Positions 57,797 through 64,000 of a stretch of DNA of 64,000 bases are shown here, in pieces. The translations under genes were made by a program, and so were the position numbers. The DNA is from an uncultured Methanospirillum sp. (GTDB lineage: Archaea; Halobacteriota; Methanomicrobia; Methanomicrobiales; Methanospirillaceae): the NCBI GenBank assembly GCA_964624045.1, contig CAZUXC010000001.1, forward strand, positions 24,662 to 88,661. Reading direction: 5' to 3'. The notes below the pieces were generated by a model. It did not search any database, had not been told where the DNA came from, and worked only from the letters and a program-made list of their open reading frames with translations. Each line of letters opens with the position of its first letter. Within the stretch, counting starts at the first letter, position 1.

Positions 57797-59515
57797 TTAT
57801 GTATCCCGCTTCATTAAGAGAAACGCAACTGCGAGACCTGTAGGAACCAGCAAAATAGAGAGAGGTGACCTCGCTTCAGTCTGAGTCGAGGTTGGAATTG
57901 TGGTTGGAACCGGTGTTCCGATGGGGGTCAGGTTTACTGATGCAACAGTTGACATCCCGGCTGCAACCTGAACCTTGTTAACATAGTCAGTATACCCTGA
58001 CATCTTCAAAACCAGATCATACTGGCCTGGTTTTACGGTAGCCAAACTCAGGGGAGTTATTCCGACAAAGAGATTATCAAGGAGTACCTGTGCCCCTGAG
58101 GGAACTGAGTTCACACTCAAAGTCCCATTGATTGAAGAGGAGGTTGCCGCGGCCTTTAAATCTACCTGCACAGGAGTTGTCTGACCTGCAACCACGGTTA
58201 TCGTTGCTGAGTAATCTTCCCGCTGGGGATCGCTGAGCAGGATAGTATATACTCCCGGCACGAGATCTGAAAGATCAAGATATCCGGTTTGGGGTGTTAC
58301 CCCCTGGTAGTCATTATTCAAATAAACAGATGCTCCCGGGGGATTACTAATGACGGTAACCGAACCGGTTTTGATATCAGGGGGGTTTCGCTGAAGAGTG
58401 GGAGTGATCCGGGTCTCCTGACCGGTATTGATCATCACATCCTGGGTGATCGTCTGATATCCGGAAAGTTGGAGTTTCAACATGTGAGTCCCTTTCGCCA
58501 GATTTCCGATCCTCTGTGGAGTCTGTCCCTGCCAGTAATTATCTACCTTAATATCCGCACCCTGTGGATCCGAGTCCACATACAGAGTACCCACCGTCTG
58601 AATCGGGGTGAGTGGCGCATAAACTCTCGGTTGAGTATTAAAACTTACCTGAACCTGTGTGGTATATGTTGAATATCCTGACTTGCTGACGGTTATGGTA
58701 TGTAATCCGGAAATCACATTGGAGAAGGTGCAGGGGGTCAGATACTGGATCCCGGAGTCCAAGGTTGCAAGAGCCCCAGAGGGATCAGAAGTCACGACAA
58801 CGCTTCCATACGGTGATAGGGGGGTGAGGGGTGCAAAAATGGGGATCGTTTCAGTGTTCCCCGGATTACTCGAAAGATGCTGAGCGTAATCCTTGTACCC
58901 GCTCATTGAAACTCTCAGATCATGAGAAGGGGTTCCAGCAACGAAAACTTTGATTAAAGCCGGAGTAGTTCCCCGATATGTGCCATCAAAAGTTACATCT
59001 GCTCCCTGAGGGGCAGAATCGATCTTAAAAAAGCCTGACTCATCACCAATGATCGTGGGTTCGACAGTAATCGTAGGCTGGATCTCTACCAGGTTGGCAA
59101 CCTGATAGAGAGTCTCACCAGGTGCAGGGTTCCCTGACATATGGCTTGTCCAGTCCTGATACCCACTCATGGACACTTTTATCGAATGGGATGGATCTCC
59201 GGTTGAGAGGACCCGCGTGGTAGCAGGAGTCATCCCAATAAACGAGCCATCAAAATATGCTTCCGCACCCTGGGGTACCGAATCAATTGAGACCCAACCA
59301 ACATCGCCGCCAATCTTTGTTGGTTCAATGGTGATAGTCGGTTCCAGGGTAGGAAAATCAGTAGGTCCAATGGTTATCGGTGGTTGTTCTGGGGGCAGGG
59401 CATCCGGATTATCAACCGGGTATGGAACAGAATTACTGTTCAAACCAGAAGTGCCGGCAATACACAAAGAAAAGAAAACAACCAACAGAATAAGAGAGAG
59501 ATGTAACCGCCTCAT
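57797..59515 (-). CDS. PEGA-repeat cell-surface protein (6 PEGA) with C-terminal TM anchor
   Basis: Six G-x-x-x-[VI]-x-S-x-P-x-G-A repeats; Thr/Pro linker, SPL, TM helix, KRDT tail. Confidence 0.88.
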   Translation of the reverse strand: MRRLHLSLILLVVFFSLCIAGTSGLNSNSVPYPVDNPDALPPEQPPITIGPTDFPTLEPTITIEPTKIGGDVGWVSIDSVPQGAEAYFDGSFIGMTPATTRVLSTGDPSHSIKVSMSGYQDWTSHMSGNPAPGETLYQVANLVEIQPTITVEPTIIGDESGFFKIDSAPQGADVTFDGTYRGTTPALIKVFVAGTPSHDLRVSMSGYKDYAQHLSSNPGNTETIPIFAPLTPLSPYGSVVVTSDPSGALATLDSGIQYLTPCTFSNVISGLHTITVSKSGYSTYTTQVQVSFNTQPRVYAPLTPIQTVGTLYVDSDPQGADIKVDNYWQGQTPQRIGNLAKGTHMLKLQLSGYQTITQDVMINTGQETRITPTLQRNPPDIKTGSVTVISNPPGASVYLNNDYQGVTPQTGYLDLSDLVPGVYTILLSDPQREDYSATITVVAGQTTPVQVDLKAAATSSSINGTLSVNSVPSGAQVLLDNLFVGITPLSLATVKPGQYDLVLKMSGYTDYVNKVQVAAGMSTVASVNLTPIGTPVPTTIPTSTQTEARSPLSILLVPTGLAVAFLLMKRDT

Positions 59516-59535
59516 GTATCAAAAACCTCGAAAAA

Positions 59536-59578
59536 ATGAATTATCGGGAGGTCAGATGAACCTTTCGATAAAATTCAT
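59536..59578. promoter_or_regulatory. Long imperfect palindrome between the divergent PEGA and HTH genes
   Basis: ATGAAT TATCGGGAGGT-CAGATGA-ACCTTTCGATA AA ATTCAT. Confidence 0.45.
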
Positions 59579-59620
59579 GAACATCACAGCGTGAATGATC
59601 TTATCTTCCCAGACATCCAT

Positions 59621-59962
59621 ATGTCATGTATGGAGAAACTTCCCTGTGAACATGTAGTCTGGGAGTCATTACCTGCAATCAGGGCTGCAATCGCTGGAGA
59701 GATGGTATCTTTAGGATTATCACAAAAATCAGTGGCGAACATTCTTGATATGGCACCCTCTGCTGTCTCGCAATACCTCACCAGAAAGAGAGGATACCGA
59801 ATTGAATTTACCCATGAAGTAAAGGAGTCTATCGCATCACTTGCCAATGATCTCGCTAAAGGAAAAATTACGAATCCCGGACCCAGAATCTGTTCTATTT
59901 GCACCCTTATTCGAGGAGTCTCATCATGTGGAGCCTGTGATGAGAAAGAATGCATAGAATGA
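59621..59962 (+). CDS. HTH transcriptional regulator (COG2522-like) with Cys motifs
   Basis: LPCE..V...LPAIRA.IA..M...GLSQ..VA.IL....SAVSQYL..KRG; C-terminal CSIC and CGAC. Start 59621 or 59630. Confidence 0.8.
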   Translation: MSCMEKLPCEHVVWESLPAIRAAIAGEMVSLGLSQKSVANILDMAPSAVSQYLTRKRGYRIEFTHEVKESIASLANDLAKGKITNPGPRICSICTLIRGVSSCGACDEKECIE

Positions 59963-59979
59963 CCTGGAGTCTGCCGGAA

Positions 59980-61251
59980 TTATGGTTCACGCCAGATAAG
60001 GGCGATCATACTGATCTGCCCTTCATGATCCGGGACGATTGCCGTGGAGAGAAGAACCTTTTTCTTTCTTCCCCCCTTTGCCCGAATTGTATACTTGAGA
60101 TCCCTGACCTGTGTACCCCTCACCGCATCAACAATCACATCCTGACCTCCATTGAGTTCTGGAGGGATAATCGTCTGGGCGATCCCACCAAGAAGTTCTT
60201 CAGCAGGATACCCGGTAATCATCTCAGCACCTTTATTCCAGGATAGAATCGTTCCCCCCACTGTTACCGTGAGGACACCTTCTTCCATTGTGGTAAGAAG
60301 AACATTGAGGAGTGATGATGCAGATCCCCCTTCCTGCAATCCGGTAACTTCCCGGTTAATAGCAAGAATATACTGAAGTTCCCCATTTGTTCCTAGAACT
60401 GGATATAACCGCTGATCGAGCCACCGAGGTTGATTATGCAGATCCATAACAGGAAATACATGCCTCCGGGGAGCCAGGGAATTGACAACCTGTTCCACAG
60501 AGTCTCGGATCATCCGGGAAGCATGTTTGTCATAGGGTTCCAGAAGATTTTTCCCGGTCAAATCAGCACCTCTCCCATCCTGGAGGTTGTACTGAGGATT
60601 TGTATAGAGAATTTTGTAATCAGGAGAAAAAATACAGATCTGTTCCCAGGATTCACGGGCGATAGTTGAAAAGAGGAAACCCCGGATTTGCTTTCCCTGT
60701 TCAGCATCTTTCCAGTCGGTAATATCCTCAAGGATGAACATATGACCATGCACCCCATCATACATGACCATATCGGCAACGGTCAGCCAGAAATTCCGCT
60801 TCTTTCCATCATGCTGAATCACGATATCAGATGCGAAGGCAGCCTCCCGATCTGGATTAATGATCGTTGCCCTCATCTCTCCAGACAATCCCTGGATGCC
60901 AAGCACATCGAGAAGATTCCGTCCACAAAGATCATCTTCATTTGAACCCAGAAGATCCTGAGCAGATAGATTTATATTTACGATTCGATATCGATCATCA
61001 GTCTGGATCACCGCATCAGAGAGATAACTGAGTACTCTCGTGACCGGAACGCGAGGAGCAAGATAATAAAGTTTTGCTTTACCCACTGTCCTGACATCGA
61101 CCATTCCAGAGAGAAACATAAGTTCAAGATATTTTCCGATAGTATTTCTGGACATATTGAGGACGAGGGAGATTTCAGATACCGTCATCCCCCTATGGTT
61201 GTCCTGAAGTATCTCCTCGATGCTGGAGATGTAATAATCATAATTGTCCAT
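59980..61251 (-). CDS. wHTH-PAS-PAS-PAS one-component regulator
   Basis: GMTVSEIS..LNMSRNTIGKYLELM...G.V....VGKAKLYYL, followed by three PAS repeats; no kinase domain. Confidence 0.82.
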   Translation of the reverse strand: MDNYDYYISSIEEILQDNHRGMTVSEISLVLNMSRNTIGKYLELMFLSGMVDVRTVGKAKLYYLAPRVPVTRVLSYLSDAVIQTDDRYRIVNINLSAQDLLGSNEDDLCGRNLLDVLGIQGLSGEMRATIINPDREAAFASDIVIQHDGKKRNFWLTVADMVMYDGVHGHMFILEDITDWKDAEQGKQIRGFLFSTIARESWEQICIFSPDYKILYTNPQYNLQDGRGADLTGKNLLEPYDKHASRMIRDSVEQVVNSLAPRRHVFPVMDLHNQPRWLDQRLYPVLGTNGELQYILAINREVTGLQEGGSASSLLNVLLTTMEEGVLTVTVGGTILSWNKGAEMITGYPAEELLGGIAQTIIPPELNGGQDVIVDAVRGTQVRDLKYTIRAKGGRKKKVLLSTAIVPDHEGQISMIALIWREP

Positions 61252-61351
61252 TGGTAGAAGTGATTTGTAGACGAGGGTATTTAATTAATAGGGTACTTCA
61301 GCCTGAATGTTTACCTGTCCGGGAGACATTGATAACACCAGAGAGATGTGC

Positions 61352-63499
61352 ATGATTAATAACCGATTGATCCACGAGCATAGCCCATATCTCCTCCAAC
61401 ATGCCCAAAACCCGGTTGACTGGTATCCCTGGGGAGAGGAGGCTTTTACCCAGGCACGGGAGAAGGACCTTCCCTTGTTTCTCTCCATCGGGTATGCGGC
61501 CTGCCACTGGTGTCATGTGATGGAGCGGGAATGCTTCATGAATGAAGAAGTTGCTGCATTACTAAATAAGAGTTTTATTGCAGTCAAAGTTGACCGGGAA
61601 GAATATCCCGAGATAGATCGAATCTACATGACTGTCTGCCAACTCATGACAGGAACCGGGGGTTGGCCATTGAGTATCTTCCTCACTCCCGATCTCAAAC
61701 CATTTTATGCAGCAACCTACATCCCCCGGACTTCGGGAAACGGGATGCCAGGAATGCTTGATCTCCTCCCCTACCTCAACCAGATCTGGAAAGAGAGACG
61801 TGAGGAGGTCCATGTGGCAGGAGAGAGGATATTTAACGCCCTCAAAGGAGAAGACAAAGAGCCAGGATCTTCCAAAGAGAAGGAATTCACTCCAATCAAG
61901 GCTGCTCATGAAGCGTTCTCCATCCTTACCAGGACATTTGATAAAGAGTTCGGGGGATTCGGATCGGCTCCGAAATTTCCTTCAATACCCCAAGTCCTTT
62001 TTCTTCTTGATTATGGGGAAATATTTCAGAGTAAGTCAGCTCACAATATGGCAATAGAAACACTTCAGGCTATCAGTAAGGGAGGAATTCGGGATCATAT
62101 TGGATATGGATTTCATCGGTATGCAACAGATCGTGCCTGGAAGATCCCTCACTTTGAGAAGATGCTCTATGATCAGGCACTCAATGCGGTAGCCTTCACC
62201 TACGCCTGGCAGATCACCAGTGATCCCGATATGCGAAATGCTGCAGAAGAGATTTTCCAATATATCTGTAACAATCTTACCAGCCCGGAAGGAGCCTTTT
62301 ATTCTGCAGAAGATGCAGACAGTCCGGAAGGAGAAGGAGCATTCTATCTCTGGTCTGCTGCCGAACTACAGGAAATTCTCAGCAGGGATGAATACCTCAT
62401 AGCGGAACAATACTGGAATATCAAAACTGAAGGAAATGTGCCTTTGGCAAGTGGCATTCCGACAGGTAATAATATAATCGCTTCAGATTCCCGGATTAAA
62501 AGAGATCTGAAAGGAGGAAGAGAACTTTTTCTTCCTGAAATAGAGAGGATACGCAAAAAACTCTACAAAAACCGGGAAAAGCGTGTTCACCCCCGCTTAG
62601 ATGATAAAGTCCTCGCTGACTGGAACGGTTTGACCATTGAGGCTTTCGCCACAGCAGCCCGGGTTATGGATGAACAATGGATGATTTCAAAAGCACAACG
62701 TGCTGTTGCATTTATTTTTTCATCAATGAGGGACGCAGATGGAAACCTATATCATCGATGGAGAAATGGCCATGTTGCAATAACCGGGACAGCTCATGAT
62801 TACGTCTTTCTGGCAGCAGGACTTCTCAGCCTTTTCCAGACAACCGGAGATCCCAATAACCTTATTCAGGCCATACAAATCACTGATGCCGTTGTAACCA
62901 ATTTTACTGATGAGAAAGGGGGAGGACTTTTTGGTACAGACGAGAGGGATACTCAGGTTCCTATTCGTATCAGGGATGAGTATGACGGTCCTACTCCTTC
63001 AGCAAGTGGAAAGGCCTTTCAACTGCTAAATGAACTGGCGATTATTACCGGGAATAACAGATATGCGGAGCTGGCTGAAAAGGTTGTCTCCGGAATGAAT
63101 GATATTATGATTCGGGCACCTCATGGAGTCCTCAGCCTGCTATCCGGAGTGTGTAAAGAGCAGAATCTGATACGGGCAGTCATTACCGGTGACAAAACAG
63201 ATCCAATGCGGCAGGAGTTGTGGAGAGTTCTAAATAGCCGGTATATTCCTGGACTCGTACCAATCCCATTAATTCCGGAACACTACAAACAGGTATCTCC
63301 GTATATAACTGATCTGCCCGTTCAGGAGTCAGCCCAGAGAACTGCAATATGGATATGTGCAGGACATTCCTGCCTCCCCCCCGTATCGGATCCCAGGGAA
63401 CTCGCAAATCTTCTGGATCAAATTACACATTCTTCAGAGCAACAAGACTTCTTACTCCGTTCAGGCGCCAGACCAGAGAACGTTCCTCCCGACAGATAG
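61352..63499 (+). CDS. YyaL/SPATA20-family thioredoxin-domain (alpha/alpha)6-barrel protein
   Basis: [60 protein letters not shown]. Confidence 0.93.
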   Translation: MINNRLIHEHSPYLLQHAQNPVDWYPWGEEAFTQAREKDLPLFLSIGYAACHWCHVMERECFMNEEVAALLNKSFIAVKVDREEYPEIDRIYMTVCQLMTGTGGWPLSIFLTPDLKPFYAATYIPRTSGNGMPGMLDLLPYLNQIWKERREEVHVAGERIFNALKGEDKEPGSSKEKEFTPIKAAHEAFSILTRTFDKEFGGFGSAPKFPSIPQVLFLLDYGEIFQSKSAHNMAIETLQAISKGGIRDHIGYGFHRYATDRAWKIPHFEKMLYDQALNAVAFTYAWQITSDPDMRNAAEEIFQYICNNLTSPEGAFYSAEDADSPEGEGAFYLWSAAELQEILSRDEYLIAEQYWNIKTEGNVPLASGIPTGNNIIASDSRIKRDLKGGRELFLPEIERIRKKLYKNREKRVHPRLDDKVLADWNGLTIEAFATAARVMDEQWMISKAQRAVAFIFSSMRDADGNLYHRWRNGHVAITGTAHDYVFLAAGLLSLFQTTGDPNNLIQAIQITDAVVTNFTDEKGGGLFGTDERDTQVPIRIRDEYDGPTPSASGKAFQLLNELAIITGNNRYAELAEKVVSGMNDIMIRAPHGVLSLLSGVCKEQNLIRAVITGDKTDPMRQELWRVLNSRYIPGLVPIPLIPEHYKQVSPYITDLPVQESAQRTAIWICAGHSCLPPVSDPRELANLLDQITHSSEQQDFLLRSGARPENVPPDR

Positions 63500-63899
63500 A
63501 CTCAGGAGCATCCTCCGGGGAATGACCAAGAGCTGCAAGAATATTTGATGAGAGATGGTGATGCTGAATCAGATCCACAAACTTCCCTCTTATGATCTTT
63601 TTCTCAATGGAATCAGTCACCTCTTCCAGATATCCCTGGAGAGTAACAAACATAAATTCTGATAGATCAGATTCATATTTCTCAATTTCCACGGAGACAT
63701 ACGGGGATTTTCTAAAATATTCTATCTTACGTCCATACTTGGTTGAAAGAAAATACAGATGTTTTCCATCGTAGACATACATGAACGGTGCGATATAGGG
63801 ATATTTTTCCCCTTGAAATGCTATCCGGGCCATGAAGCGATTATGAATCAGAGCATCATACTCTTCCTTCTCCATCCGGGGAATCTTGACGATCTCCAT
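63423..63899 (-). CDS. Pyridoxamine 5'-phosphate oxidase-like flavin-binding protein
   Basis: [36 protein letters not shown]; start refined to ATG 63899. Confidence 0.82.
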   Translation of the reverse strand: MEIVKIPRMEKEEYDALIHNRFMARIAFQGEKYPYIAPFMYVYDGKHLYFLSTKYGRKIEYFRKSPYVSVEIEKYESDLSEFMFVTLQGYLEEVTDSIEKKIIRGKFVDLIQHHHLSSNILAALGHSPEDAPESICREERSLVWRLNGVRSLVALKNV

Positions 63900-64000
63900 G
63901 GTATAGAACAGAGATACACCCGGAGAAATATAAACCATCCCAACTGAATCAGGAGAGAAAAAAAATAAAAGTCAGGATTTTTCTCCAAAAAAAACCTGAA

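Noticed and set aside
61490-61520. CxxCH heme c motif (CHWCH) in YyaL
   Set aside because: This is the family's thioredoxin-like CxxC in a protein without a signal peptide.
1-64000. rRNA, tRNA, CRISPR arrays, IS elements, integrases
   Set aside because: Intergenic gaps are short (mostly under 350 bp) and showed no cloverleaf, repeat-spacer array, terminal inverted repeats or transposase motif on manual reading; tRNAscan-SE and Infernal were not run.

Overview
Archaeal chromosomal window, most consistent with a Methanomicrobiales methanogen (Methanospirillum-like). This is inferred from the F420:NADP oxidoreductase, DUF2111, secF-secD order, archaeal guaAB/fen/hmgA/rtcB-archease, and PKD/PEGA surface proteins. 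About 60 tightly packed CDS are present; I saw no rRNA, tRNA, CRISPR array or IS element. Housekeeping genes: hisD, pyrG-guaAB-argD-hisC-AK6-CDP-alcohol transferase, fen, presenilin-type protease, NOG1, secFD, hmgA, Trm5, corA, and a ~11 kb minus-strand run from DUF2551/archease/rtcB through birA-bioY-ECF to pycBA. Two non-housekeeping modules stand out. (1) An orphan BrxD/DUF2791 P-loop ATPase translationally coupled to a TPR protein ending in a winged helix, with no other BREX or Shango gene in the window (3.1-6.2 kb). (2) A ~14 kb type IV pilus locus (35.6-49.8 kb): a Walker-A-degenerate KaiC/ArlH-like protein, an assembly ATPase with a structured two-state 5' leader, two TadC-like platform proteins, a CHASE4 histidine kinase, a REC-PAS regulator with a DUF4388/PATAN-like output domain, and four AT-rich, Cys-containing pilin-like genes including a ~712 aa multi-domain adhesin. 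All family assignments come from motif recognition by eye; no database searches were run.
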